Positions 12,074-25,399 are shown, counted from the whole stretch's first letter. The stretch: 59,104 nt of DNA, filler included, from Sphacelaria rigidula (GCA_964200075.2; 7 parts of 7 records of this genome joined end to end with filler, not necessarily neighbours in it), one strand, 5' to 3'. Program-made: numbers and translations. The notes: generated by a model from the letters alone, not told the origin.

Positions 12074-12499
12074 GTAGTATCTGTTGGACCTGATTAGTGT
12101 CACGTATTGTTACACTCCCAGAGGAAATGGAGTACTGTATGTTGAATTCAACAGAATCAATGATGCACATGATCATAAAATCCCGTGGCAATAAGCCACA
12201 GAAGAACTTTGTACCGACCTTGTTGAAGAACTCCGACTCTTTGCTTTCCGTCACAGCGCACGAACTGGCGATTGATATTTTCTTCACGCTGGCACATCAT
12301 ATACCCTTTTCTTGTTGTGCACATCCCAAAATCATTTTCCATTCTGACCTTCAGAGACTTGTTCAGCACAGAACTGACGCTATACTCGCGGGCGAGTACG
12401 AATACTACGCACACAAGGCATCCTCCATTACCAGGAGTTGCGACGGGCGGTCGCGCACATTACCGCACCAAGTTGCGATTTGCGAAAACGTGTTTGTCA

Positions 12500-12850
12500 T
12501 TGATTGATTGATTGGTTGATTGTCGCACTTTAACTGACCCCCCCAGGGGTCCTGCCGTGGTCTCAAGATAGACGTACCCAAAAAAACAAAACTTGAACAC
12601 TCGCTGAAGAAAAGAAGGAACAGAAAAAAACAAGTCGAACAGAACGACATGGTAGAATAATATGCGAAAAAAGGAATAATAAGAACAAATTTTAGAAAAA
12701 GCAAAGCACGGAAAGAAATGGCCGACTTAAAATAAAACAAAAGGAAAAAAAAAGAGGGAAGTAAAGAGCAAATAAAACAAAATAATATAATATGATGAAA
12801 AAAAGGAAAACGCCCAAGGGATACAGGGCAGCAGAGTAGATACAGATACA
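12500..12850 (-). mobile_element. 3' end of an (AATC)n-tailed retroposon (also 11702-11829, 16626-16765, 56405-56790 on minus; 52130-52425 on plus)
   Basis: Shared TTGATTGATTGGTTGATTGTCGCAC...CTGACCCC..GGGGTCC.GCCGTGG...GACGTAC followed by an A-rich tract of variable length, consistent with variable 5' truncation. Confidence 0.75.
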
Positions 12851-14513
12851 CACCAGTGGGCACCGCAGAGCCACGGTCTGAGGACATAATCAACAACCGA
12901 TATGAGCAGACAGGATTCTTCCATTGGCAGCCCTCGACGCAGCAGCCTCTCGCTTGTGACGACGGTCTGATTCTTGCTTGTCCGCGCGTCGCCACATGTC
13001 CTCGAACTCTTTCGCTCCCTTTTCGACTCCAATATGCCATTTGCCCATGTTTTTCGCCGCAGTGACCCAATCGTATGCATCGTTACCCTCTACACCGTAG
13101 ACGAACCACTTCCGTCGGTCATGAGCTCCACCTTTTCATTTGCGAGAGCATTACAGCACGCGGGACTCGGATAGCTTGTACTTTCAACCATCTACCATAG
13201 ACAGGGCAATTAGAAATGTAGTGGGCTACGACTCTACAAATTACGTGAAGAATCGTGCAAACGAAGATGAATACGGTACATGCAGTACAGTACAGTATAG
13301 GACGGTGGGCTGGGGACTTATTCCTTGAGCGCCGACCCCTGCTTTAGTACAACGTTTTGGCTGAAAGTCCCGGGAAACAAGTTCTTCGAACGGGCTGTTA
13401 CGTAGAAAGGTTGTGAATCGATAGGATTCGACGATATTACTTAGACGGGCAGATGGGCGCAGCCGATATATCGCCGATTTATCGCGAAAATGTCGGTAGT
13501 TGCGCCTTCCGGCGCCAGGTGAGGGCGCACCCTGAGTCAAAATACCTCGCCACCTCCCCCTTCCCCCCCCTGCTGGCGAGGAGGCTTCGCTGGAATCGCC
13601 GCTGGAGGTAAACCAATAATGCAATCTGACTTCATTTCCCTTCAAAACCAGATCCAGAAGCTCGAGAAACAGCCGTGCAGCAGCCGCGCCAAACATTTGG
13701 AGCAATTAACAAAATACGAGACCAGCGCATGAGAATAAAGACATACTGACACAGCACACAAGAAAACTATGTTGAGGCTTTGGCAAGAATTGAGCATTCG
13801 GCCAGGCAATTGAGCTTATGCGCGATTTAAGGTCATTTTATCACTTTTTCTTGGTTCAGTACAATTCATCAGGCGGAGTAAGAAAAATTACGCGGAACCC
13901 ACCGCGAAGTTGATGCTGACTGCTCTCACAGTTGCACCACGAACACATCTTAACCATGAGGTTTAAGACATCTGTAGGAAACCTCGAAATGTTTCCCTTC
14001 CGAATTTGATCCAAGAACACGGTGAAAACTTGAAGTTTTCTGCAGCTAACTGCTTCGGGGTGTAAGAATCCACAGCGTCAATCAGCTGCCTATACTTCGT
14101 CGAACCGTGAGTCATGAGAGTCGTCACACCTTCGCATGATGGAGCTCCACACATCGTTCACGACGAAATGCAGTATTGTAGTGTACTGGACTGGGCTGTA
14201 CTGTGCACCATTCACACCCTCTATATCGGCGCCCAACGTCATTATCTAATCGATAACAACTTATATATCGTACATTCGGGCGGGAACAGCAAATGGCCGA
14301 TACATCGGTCCCAAGAACCGATGGGAAACAACACGATACGATACACCGTGTCGGTCCAACCTATCGGTGTATATCGGTACCGATAAACAACCCTTTTGTT
14401 CAAAGCACAATTATAGTGAGGGTAGTACACAATTGCAAAGATGAACGGAGATGAATCTCAACCTTGCTATTAGAGTGGGGTCAGATTGAGCCTCGACTCT
14501 GAGCTGTGAATAT

Positions 14514-14919
14514 TAGAGCTCGGAAATGGTTCGTTTGACCATTAACCAGTCGAATGGTTACGCGTAGCGCACTCATCAACCAGATACATGGGACATGATG
14601 GTTTAGTCATCGAGCGGCGCAGTCGCGAGCCAAAAAGCCCCCCCGGCAGAGGGGGCCCCGCCGGAAGCGCCCCCGGAGGGGCCCGCCGTGCGGGAGGCAC
14701 GTTTTTACACAATTTGGCTTTACGAGAGCTGAAAAATACATTCAATTTGGGCCAATTTTCAAGGGCTGTATGTAGCATACGTAGCCGGTACCGGCTTATA
14801 AAGCCGGCAACGGTAAATAATGGTTTGAAACCATTATCCAAAATTTTCATATAACCATTACCATTATTACCATTATAACGATAGTGTCCAGTTATAACTG
14901 GTACCATTTCCGAACTCTA
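14514..14919. mobile_element. Non-autonomous hAT element (406 bp)
   Basis: TIRs TAGAGCTCGGAAATGGT / ACCATTTCCGAACTCTA. Perfect 8-bp TSD GTGAATAT (14506-14513, 14920-14927). Subterminal ACCATT repeats. Confidence 0.9.
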
Positions 14920-16917
14920 GTGAATATACAACTACGTCCAGCAAAATTTTCAAAACCTATGTCTAACGCTACATTTACGCAGTCTCTGCTACCCGGCACC
15001 GGTGCGGATGATGCACAAGCAAGCGATGCCCTGTTCTCATCACCCATGGGGTCTGCATTACTCACCACCTCGTGTGAACCGCCGCACGTACGCCGACGCA
15101 AGTGTGTATTGTCGGTGGACTAGTGCACTGTACTGTACTCGTGTGATGGTTGCGTTCTCATTTCGGGACAAACTCTCAGTTCTCTTCCTTTTACCGTGGT
15201 CTAATTAGGAACCACCTGAGGGGAACTGGTGCTCAAAGGCGAGGCGCATTCTGGCAATCCCATCTTGCCTCAGATGTCGCTTGCACGTTCTCTCCCCGCG
15301 CAGCGTGGGTTTTCCCTCAACCCCTTCTTTACTCAGGTATTTGCACGATGCGTGGATAAGAGTAGGCGTATACTACAAAGAGTTGTTTCGCACGATGTCG
15401 AGGCGGGAATGATACTGTGGAGCATAACGTATAGCATCATGGCGCATATGTGTGTTAGCCCGAGTAAATGCAGTATAGAGCACGACAAACTTCATGTCCT
15501 GGGTTAATAAATATGTATGGTACTCAGGGGGCGGTGTTCAGAGAGAGTCCCCACGATGCCAACCCGCGATGTTGCTGTGGCTAGTAGTGCCTATCGCGAC
15601 CAAGTGGCGTCAAAAACTAAACCCTGTGTACATTGGTTAAATGTCTCTTAATCCATGGAGGCCTACCATGCATTCGAGAGTGGTCTTACATGAGGATACT
15701 TGTTGGCTTTACAGCGTCTTTTCTACGAGGCATCCCAAACGTATCATGTCGTTGCGCACCAGTGGTAGACTGACGAGAAATAAATATCTAGGCTTCCGTT
15801 CGGCATTTTTCAACCAAAGCATACCCCTCTCCGCCGATGCCCTCAAAAGTCGCTGCGCCGCTACCATCACCGAGCGACCCTGTAGGGCGCACGGACGCAC
15901 CTCCACTATGCACAATAAACGCTAAACGTCATCCCTATGTGCCGTCATTGGCTTCTCCAGAAAAATCGCATTTTTCGACTATCATTTTAGGCGTCACACG
16001 TACTCTGTGCAAGACATATCCTTTTTCATTCAACAACACAGCTGAATCAACCCTGGAGTCATCATGCTATGGGCTCCAGCTAATTTCGATTCAGTCGTCT
16101 CGCAGAATGTTACTGTAGTCGGGCGCGCACTCTCTTGTATGGATTGCTATGGAAGAACCAAAAACCACGGATAATGGCCAACCCTCCGCCACCGTCGCGA
16201 CCGTTGCGACCATTCGACCCCACACCGCTCTTTGATGTCCCTATAGTCTTCCCCCTCTCCCAGCCCTCGCATGAACCTTCAACAGGGACAAAATCAGCTG
16301 CACCCCGCGACGCCTCGCTCGCTCCCCCAATCCCGTCCAGTAGACGACCCACACTAGACTGCCTCCGTCGCAACCACTCGCCCCTTCCTTCGACGCGTCC
16401 GCTGTCATTACCCTCGTTATCTCGTCCGCCGACATTTCAGCTGCAACCACTACTGTGTGTGGGTGCGGGAGTAGACAAGAAACGCAGTGGCCGTTGCAAT
16501 CGCAACTTAGGGATAGTGCGGTTCCTTAAATACTTTCACGATCGGCACATACGACGTCTTGCCGCTACCCCGCTCCGACTTGTAAGTTCACCGCTACGCT
16601 CGGGGTTTCGACATTTGTTCGCATAACATCGATTGGTCCGATTGGTTGGGTGTTGCACATTAACTGATCCGGTGCGAATCCTGCCGTGCTTACAATATAG
16701 ACGGACGTACCCAACGTAAAAATAATCGGAAAAGATCGCTAAAGAGAACTTGACAAAGACGAAGTATGGGGGGGGGGAGGGGTGGACTCATGATGATTCA
16801 TGCCATAGTCATAAGACNNNNNNNNNNNNNNNNNNNNNNNNNNNNNNNNNNNNNNNNNNNNTTAATTAATTAANNNNNNNNNNNNNNNNNNNNNNNNNNN
16901 NNNNNNNNNNNNNNNNN

Positions 16918-18177
16918 GGCTCCGACCACTCGCCACGGACCTGTCCACGTGGACATCAACTTTGGCGCCACACCTTGCCTCCGAACACGGGCATGCAAAA
17001 CGAATTCATCAACTGCAAACTTGGGCAACACAGCCTGGCCCTGAGCAAGCTTGCGTTTGGTTTCGCGAGACACCGCGACAGCAGCTTGCACTTCGTTACA
17101 AAACCGTACTTGCTCGTCAACCACGCCTCGAACCTTGTCACACAACGAATCAGCATCCATGACATCGACGTTCCACTCGCCGCCACTAACGGAAGCCAGC
17201 GCGGGAAACGCTGTACGTGGCGCATGCCCAAACATTCCACAACACGGAATGTTACGGCAGCGTTCACGAAAATAAGTATTCAAGCCCCACTGGGCGACTG
17301 GCAAAATATCAACCCATTCAGACACCGGCCGTCGCTGTTCCGACAAAATAGACCGCAACGCACGAGTAGCCTCTTTCACCATTTGTTCACAAGCACCATT
17401 CGACCAAGGGTTATACGCAACAACAAATTGGTGTTGCACCTTAAACGCATCGCTCAGCTGCGCGATCACTCGATTGTTTAAGAGCGAGGCGGTATCCCTA
17501 AGCCAAACACGCGGCACCCTCAAAGTCTTGCACCAATGGAGCAATTGCTTAGCCGTAACCTCGGCGGTGCAAGCTTCGGTTGGCTCCAAGCAAACGAAAT
17601 TGGACAAATCATCAATGATAACCAAAATGTACCGAAAACCATCCTCATCAGGCAAACCATTAGTACCTTCAGGTCCGCTACTTCCGACGTACAGAAAATC
17701 AAAGTGAACACCTTCACCTGGCGCAGTACCATGCACAGTATCGCCACACGGACGAGGTAAAATCTCACCAGCACGGGTGTCTACACAATGCAAACACTGG
17801 CGAACGAACTCGCGAACGTGGAAATCCATGTGAGGCCACACACAGAATTCTTTCAAATGAAACAGAGTCGGCGCCACACCACGGTGACCAGCCGACCGCG
17901 TGTGAGCGCACACCATTAAGCGAGTTCGTACAACCTTATCATCCGATGGAATCCACAAAACATCAATACTGCTAACACGCACGCGAAACAAATCATCGTG
18001 AGCCATAGTAGCTGGACCGAAAGTCGGAGAGAAATAATCAACACCGTCGTCGACTGTTTTGCGCTGCGCGGTACGAATGACATCTAACGAGGGCACCGAA
18101 TCATCGGCATCACACGGGCTGCACATGGCAACAGAATGAATAGGCACGGTAGGAACCTTCACCAAGCGAGACAACAA
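16918..18177 (-). pseudogene. Gypsy integrase
   Basis: HHCC (AH...GHRG...CLHC), catalytic core (HFDFL...LRDTA...NGACE) and GPY/F motif (WTGPWRV). Confidence 0.9.
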
Positions 18178-18312
18178 TTATCCCCCAAACATGCCCTCTC
18201 CAGGAAGGTGTTCACTGACATACCGATATTGTTGTTGGGCTCCCAGTAACTCCGGCATGTTTTCTTGGCTTGGCATCACCCCCGGAGACTGTTCCACTTG
18301 CGCCTTCACCGC

Positions 18313-19521
18313 CTAATAGTCGCTGACCAAACGGACTGTGTCCCTCTCCGGCACCGCCATCGCCGGACTCGCCCACACAACCTGAATATTCCTAACCAAC
18401 AAACTAAGTGCCACCATAACTGCGATGCATGAAGCAAGCCACCCGGTCTTCACCGGATCGTACCGTCTGGGCTTGGCCTTCACCGCACTTGTCTGGGACT
18501 TGAGCTGCACTTTCATAGGCTCTACGCGCGCTGGTGGATCACCACGCAGTGACCGGCGAAATGTATTTACGCGGCGAGAAAAAACATCGTGCGGACAATG
18601 TGCGCCATCGGCGCTCAGGCCCTTCTGCTCGGCCTGCCGCACACTATCCTCAAGCGCACTTTCTTGTGCACCTCTTTCCTCTGCTGGGTCCATAAACATG
18701 TCCGGCCCCCGATCGACCAAGCGCTCTACCGCTTCATCAGCAGGAGCCTTCTCCTCATTGGCGCTCTGGAATGATCGTATGTATACGATCAGACGCCTTG
18801 CAGCAAGGTAACTGGGGTTTTCCACGCCGGTTTGAACTGGCACAGCACGCGGACGTACCGTCTCCAACGCCAGCGGATACAGACCAATCCCGAGCTCCTT
18901 CATCGTCGCCATCCCAAATAGAACCAAGTTGTCCCTACCGGGTATGACAGCGAAAGTAATGGGCTGCAACTTCACAGCCCCCCACGGCGTACGCACGCTA
19001 ACAGTAATCGACACCGTTTTGTGTGTAACCGCCACGGGAGCACCCGTGGCGGTCTGCGCCGTTTGCGGTCCGTTTTCGAACGGAATCTGAAGCTGAGCAC
19101 CGCCAAACTGCAAAGATATCTGTTCTAGCAACCCCACACCGATCGACGTGAGCGCGGACCCAGAGGCCAGAATAACGTGGGCCATGAAGGAATCTACAGA
19201 ACCAGGCAAATTTAAATCCGCGCGTAAGCATTCAGCCTTGCGATCGACAGGTACCACGCCTGCCGAAGAACACTGTTCTGGACTAAGAGTCACCTGACGC
19301 CAGGGCTGCCCTCCAGCACTTGGCATCGATCGCTGCGAATCGTCGGTCCAACCAGACCAAGTCGCCGAATATGCAGACGGCGCTGTTACAATCGTCGCAG
19401 CAGTAGGGAATGCACCAGACACGGATCCTGCCTGGTCGAGGGGTTGCGAGCTATTCGCTCCAGCACTCCCCACCGGAGTATTTGCATTTCTCACGTACAC
19501 AGTCCGCCCTGCTACGGACAA
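18313..19521 (-). pseudogene. Gypsy aspartic protease and N-terminal RT remnant
   Basis: 402-aa ORF with VILASGSA (DSG mutated) and ...KAKPRRY...WASPAMAVP...RLVSDY*. Confidence 0.8.
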
Positions 19522-20293
19522 ACAGTAAGATCCAGAGTCACCACCTGATGATGTAGTGAAAGAAACAGCAGCGTAGGAACCACCATCCGCCGCCGATTGC
19601 TTGCTACCGCGGCCGCCGCGCCCGCGTCCCTGATTGGTACGGCCCCGTCCACCGTGACGACCGCTCCGAGATCCTGATGAATCTCAAATTGCCCTGTGCA
19701 GCGGCTTGAGCGTGAGGCTTGTGGCATTCCTTGATCATATGTCCGGTGTCGCCGCAGTTGTAACACGCGCGAGTGGACGACGCTCGCGAAGGCGGCTGCT
19801 GTTTCTGTTTCTGTTGCTGTTTGCGGCGCATACCACCTGCACTTGTTGCAGAATCGCGCCGGCTATGTGCTTCAATGAACTTCCACTGGTCGGCCTCAAA
19901 TATATTTCTAAACACCACCGTCGGTTTTTTTTTCAGCCGTGGACATACGTTAGCAGACTTCTCGCATACGCCTTGAATTCCGGAGGCGGAATCCCGTCCA
20001 CCAAAGCTATAGAAACCGACTCGGTCGAGCCTGGCAACCAACTCCTGTCCTCCGCACGGTACATGGCTTGCACCATCAGGTTTTCGGCTAGAAATCTTTC
20101 CATATCTGAACTAACCATCATCGCACGGTCCTTGACGGATTCTCCCCCGCTTTGCCTCATCGTAAGTACTCTACGCAGGTCTGCTGCAGCCCGCGCAGTG
20201 TCATGCTTTCCCCCGGCTGCAGTGTACCCGGCATGCTGCTTCACAGCATCAAGCAATTCATTAGTGGTCATAGCCCGATGGTCCTTGTACATA

Positions 20294-21302
20294 CAGTAGG
20301 GGTCCCGATATAGTGCGGGTATGTGCCACGGGGTAAAACCCGCACGCACTATAGCGGGCACGCGCACTGTGTAAAATTGGGCTTGAATAGTGCGCCTTCA
20401 CGCACTATTCGGGGTTCTCAGAAAACCCAATAGTGCGGGAAGGCGCACTATTGACGATATCGCTTGTTTGAAGCATAGGAAACAGCCAACAACAAGGTGT
20501 CTGTAGGCAAACAAGGTGTTGAATCCTGCGTCTGTTCGTGGGTAGAAGAGGACAGGATGTCGCAACGGCGAATCCGCATACTGAACGCGAGTAAAATTTC
20601 ACGAGTAGTTGAGTACTGTACAGTACTCCGTTCATGATATGTTCGCACGCTGGGCGTACCAACTGGCCGCGTGTGCAAAGTATCGTGGTTGTTTCAGTCT
20701 GCTTTCGCATCCACTTGTTGACCACGAAAATAATCACAGGGATTCGCCATATAATTCAAGCTAAATACGAAACCAAAACCTACCAACGGAATGCCGTCTT
20801 CAACACGATCCAGACACCTTTGGGGAAAAAACCGGCAAGCAAAAATGATCTATCCCGAAAGTCCCTACTTCTCGCACACTCTACCTCTGTTGCTCCAAGA
20901 AAACGTCATCGAGGTCGACCTGAATGCACGAAGAAAAATGCGCTAACTCTCAACTAATCGACTCATTTACCACACGCGGAAGTCAGGCACCCGCTAGACC
21001 CGGCCAAAAACTAAACCCGACAGCGGTAACTTCTGTGCGTGCGGCAAAACGCAAATCGCTCTACGCGTAAAAAAACTGTACCTGTATTCTGTACTTCACG
21101 TGGTTGTGTGTGATTTGTGCGTGTGTGCGTGTTGGTTCGACCGCATACAGGGCGGGGGTGACGTCAGACCCGCACTATAGAGAGGTGTCCCCAATAGTGC
21201 GGTGCGCGCACTATAGAGGGGTCTAAGTTGTGCCAAGCGATTTCACCCGCGTTAAATCGGGCACGCGCACTATTTAACCCGCACTATATCGGGCTCCCAC
21301 TG
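20294..21302. mobile_element. Non-autonomous Tc1/mariner (pogo-like) element inserted in gag
   Basis: TA TSD (20292-20293, 21303-21304). TIRs CAGTAGGGGTCCCGATATAGTGCGGG / CCCGCACTATATCGGGCTCCCACTG. Many internal GCACTAT/ATAGTGCG motifs. Removal restores the gag frame (...QLIPTNIHRCFED|MYKDHR...). Confidence 0.92.
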
Positions 21303-22868
21303 TATCTTCAAAACACCGATGAATGTTTGTAGGGATAAGTTGATCTATGCTCACCCTCTCATGCCTCACAACTCCTGTACTATTTGCTAAAATCAGCCTC
21401 TCTAAGTAGTCGAGATAAGCGGCAAAAAACCGTCTTGATGCCTCTTCCGTTCACACTTCGCCATACTTGAGCGGTTCCAGTGGCTCACCCAACACCAGCG
21501 GCGCTGCCGCCGCTTAAGCCATGTCGTCTATGCTTCGAAGACTTCACGGAGAGACTCTTGCCTGACTTGTGCGTCCGCCAGCTCACGGAGCGTCCCCCCT
21601 TGCTGTGCGCTTCAAGTTGGTCTCCTCCTGTCTGTAGGCTAAACTGACTCTTAGCTGCTGCCCACGTTTCTCCTCAGCCAAAACTCCTCTAACAGAGTGC
21701 CGGAAAAATAATATCTAGACATTATAGCCTCTGCCAGACGATCTGGACAAGAGGACTATCCACGAGGCACTCCCCCAGTAGCACTGGCCTCGTGCTCGAC
21801 AAGTCTTTTCTTCCCACTTGTTATTATTACGGAGTGATCGTCAACAGACCACATCAAGAGCCAGAGAGCGAGAGGCCACACAGATGAGGGTCATCAATCC
21901 AGGATCCCCTGTCGCCTGGGACTGCCCCAATCATGCATGCGATGATACTGGAACCTACGGCTTGGTATCATTTGGCTACAACACCCACCTTCACCACCAT
22001 GATCACAGCCAGTTCAAATCAATATACCCTAAAAAGCAAAGTGAGGCATCCATCACAACTGTGATGCTCATCACAATGGACCGCCATTCACGAAGTAGAA
22101 ATACTCTGCATCGCAATCAAAAGACCCCCTTATGCAGTCACGGTATCAGCATTCGCTTGGTTGCGATGAGTGAAAACATAAACGGTGGGCGGACACATGC
22201 CGTTGCCTTGGTTGCAGTGCCGCATTCTTGCCAGCTTCAGCTGTAAGAAGATGGTGTGAACGGTTCGTAGTCTACAACGCACAAGCAGTACTACACCTGG
22301 CTACATTGCCAATACGTTGGAGGTCATGCCTTCTTGCACCACCCTTACGGGTGACATATTGGGAAATCATCACGATGCGGCCTTGTCTATTGTTTGAAAG
22401 TGCTGCGTAATGTTGTACTGTTTCACTGTACAACCGGCTGTACGGTATCGCCGTAGGTCACCGTCCCGCGATGTACTGACTGTTGTAGGGTTTTGCATTG
22501 CACTCTCTGTACTGCACTGGCTGTACTTTACCCTGCACAACACTACAGCACTACCACACCCTGTGGTGCGCCGTGGTGGATTGAAGTACTACAGGTGCAA
22601 TGAAGCGTAGTGTACGGTACGTACGGTACCGCGGGGTATGGTACAGTCTGTGCTGTGTCGACCTGTGCATTTTCGGACTCCACGCTGGTCGATCGCACAT
22701 TTGGCAGCACAACCCGCGGCTAATCATTGTGCAGAAGAGAACTCTACATCAAGACACGTGACGTCAGGTTCCGCTGTGAAAATTTTAGCGTCCACTCTGA
22801 AGTTTCAGCGCTTCCACTTTGCACTCTGACTCCATGATGAGAAACAATATCTTCCGAAACTCTCTAAT

Positions 22869-25168
22869 GCTATTTCCAAGTCACGACTTGAACATAGTTA
22901 TGTCCAAGTCCAGCTGCGATTTGCCTACCTGCCCGCGTTCGTCCTATGTCCCTTGCATCGACACTACAACACCCGGAATTCATTCACACAGTCCGTAGCC
23001 ATCGTTCAACCCATCGCACGGTAAAAACAGCCTCGTAGCGGACGAGGAACGCGCCTGCTGCACAGTGCCAAAACATACCGCCGCCCGACTGGAGTTGGAC
23101 ATGAGCTATATGTATGTACAAGTCGCGACTTCGCGACTTATGTCCAAGTCACGACTTGGGCACTTTGGACATAGCTTATGTCCAAGTCCAGCGAGTGGAA
23201 TACCTGTCCGTGCTTGTCCCATGTGCCTTGCATCGTCACCACAGCAGCTGGAGTACACTCACCCAGTCCGTAGCCAACGTTTAAGCCATCGCACGGTGCA
23301 AACGGCATCGCAGCGGACGAGAAACGCGCCTGCCACGCACAGTGCCAAGACATACCGCCAACCGGCTGGAGTTGGACGAAATCTATGTCCAAGCCGCGAC
23401 TCGGCGACTTGAACACAGCTTAGGTCAAAGTCCAGCGAGTGGAATGCCTGTCCGCGCTCGTCCCATGTGCCTTGTATCGACACCACAGCAGCTGCAGTAC
23501 ACTCACACAGTTCCATCATTCAAGCCATCGTGGGGTATAAACGACGTTGTAGCAGAGGAGAAACTCGCCTGTTGCACGCAGTGCCAAAAATTATATCTGC
23601 ACCGGACTGGACTCGGACATAGCTTCTAGCAAGTGGAACATCTGTCCGCGCTCGTCTCATGTGCCTTGTATCGACACCACAGCAGCTGCAGTACACTCAC
23701 ACAGTCCGTTGCCATTGTTCAAGCCATCGTGGGGTGCAAAGCTAAGGTACGGGAGCCGTATCACGGTGCTGTAGCCTTGAGGGCTAGATACACAACAAGG
23801 GCCTTCTTCCTCGCAGCTCCTACAGCCGTGGGATATCGACCCACTGGTTGTGTGTCGAGGACACCGCCGGTGCGACGAAGAAAGGGTCGATTCATGGAGC
23901 CACTTCCGCGTTTGGTACACGTTATCCGCACTTCGTACACAACAGCCCCAGGTTACACGGGCATTGAGCAATATCCATGAAGCTTGTATGAAGTTGGTCG
24001 CACTCGTCTTGACGTTGATAACGTACGACGCGAGAGAGCTGAGCAGTGTGTACATTTCTAGTTTATTGAACACAGTAGATACATGTTCACGCTGCCTGGA
24101 ACCTCAGTGCATCACGGAATAACACAAGTGGAACGTACAAGTGGCAATCACCTGTCGGCGTTCTTGTCTGCAACGCGGCCGGTATCAATCGCAAGCACAT
24201 GATTACGTGCTCCCATGCCCTCAGCCAGCATAGCGTATGTTCAAGTTGCTCAAGTCGCGTTTTTTACAAAAGCTATGTCCGAGTCCAGTCCGTTGCAGAT
24301 ATAATTTTTGGCACTGCGTGCAACAGGCGCGTTTCTCGTCCGCTACAACGCCGTCTGCACCCCACGATGGCTTGAATGATGGCTACGAACTGTGTGAGTG
24401 TGCTGCAGCTGCTGTGGTGTCGATACAAGGCACATGAGACGAGCGCGGACGGGTATTCCACTCGCTGGATTCGGACAAAGCTTATGTTCAACTCCAGTCG
24501 GTTGGCGGTATGTCTTAGCACTGTGTGAGGCAGTCGCGTTTCTCGTCCGCTACGACGCCGTTTGCACACCACGGTAGCTTGAACGATGACGACGGACTGT
24601 GTAAGTGTATTGCAGCTGCTGGGTTGTCGATACAAAGCACATGGGACGAGCGCGAACAGGCATTCCACTCGCTGGATCTGAACATGAGCTTTCTCCAAGT
24701 CGCCAAGTCGCGGGCGGTATGTTTTGGCACTGTGCGTGGCAGTCGCGTTTCTCTTCCGCTCCGAGGCCGTTTTCACCGTGCGATGGCTTGAACGATGGCA
24801 ACGGACTGTGTGAGTGTACTCCAGCTGCTGTGGTGTCGATGAAAGGCACATGGGACAAGCACGGACAGGTATTCCACTCGCTGAAGTTGGACATCAGCTT
24901 AGCTTATGTCTGACTCCAGTCGCGCGGCGGTATGTTTTGGCACTGTGCAGCAGGCGCGTTCCTCGTCTGCTACGAGGTTGTTTTCACCGTGCGATGGCTT
25001 GAACGATGGCTACGGACTGTGTGAACGTATTCCAGGTGTCGTAGTGTCGATGTAAGGCACATAGGACGAACGCGGGCAGATAGTCAAATCGCAGCTGGAC
25101 TTGGACATAACTATGTTCAAGTCGTGACTTGGACAAAAGCTATGTCTAGGTCGCGACTTGAAAATAGC
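22869..25168. mobile_element. Foldback element with long modular inverted arms
   Basis: The left arm (22869-23740) and right arm (24237-25168) are reverse complements. Each is built of about four diverged 200-280-bp units, with a ~500-bp non-repetitive centre. Confidence 0.88.
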
Positions 25169-25189
25169 GTTTCCCCCCCCCCAAAATAA

Positions 25190-25244
25190 AATAATAATAG
25201 AAATAGTAATACTAATAATAGTAATAATAATAGTAATAATAGTA

Positions 25245-25275
<31 letters not shown>
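25190..25275. repeat. (TAA)n microsatellite at contig end
   Basis: Visible TAA/TAG triplet run. Confidence 0.9.
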
Positions 25276-25399
25276 NNNNNNNNNNNNNNNNNNNNNNNNN
25301 NNNNNNNNNNNNNNNNNNNTTAATTAATTAANNNNNNNNNNNNNNNNNNNNNNNNNNNNNNNNNNNNNNNNNNNNGGCATTGTATACTACAGCAGCTTT

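Larger units (their letters stand above)
16918..21830 (-). mobile_element. Decayed Ty3/gypsy LTR retrotransposon (gag-PR-partial RT-IN), 3' end cut by contig start
   Basis: Gag with CCHC knuckle CYNCGDTGHMIKEC, protease site degenerated to LASG, RT start (WASPAMAVP..VRLVSDY) and integrase downstream (gypsy order). Stops and frameshifts present. LTR limits not defined. Confidence 0.92.

Noticed and set aside
13330-14150. Possible PIF/Harbinger transposase relic on the minus strand (RFTTFLRNSPFEELV; IAWPN)
   Set aside because: Only two weak motifs, with no catalytic DDE residues or TIRs recognised. Needs an HMM search.
15150-15250. Possible decayed second cupin exon (HFGTNSQF...GELVLKGE)
   Set aside because: Needs several indels and lacks convincing splice sites.
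21962-21970. TGGTATCA tRNA-Met primer-binding site for the gypsy element
   Set aside because: It is on the wrong strand for a minus-strand element and too short.
22869-25168. CRISPR-like array or repeat-protein ORFs
   Set aside because: The units are long diverged modules without unique spacers, and the ORFs are short and inconsistent between units.
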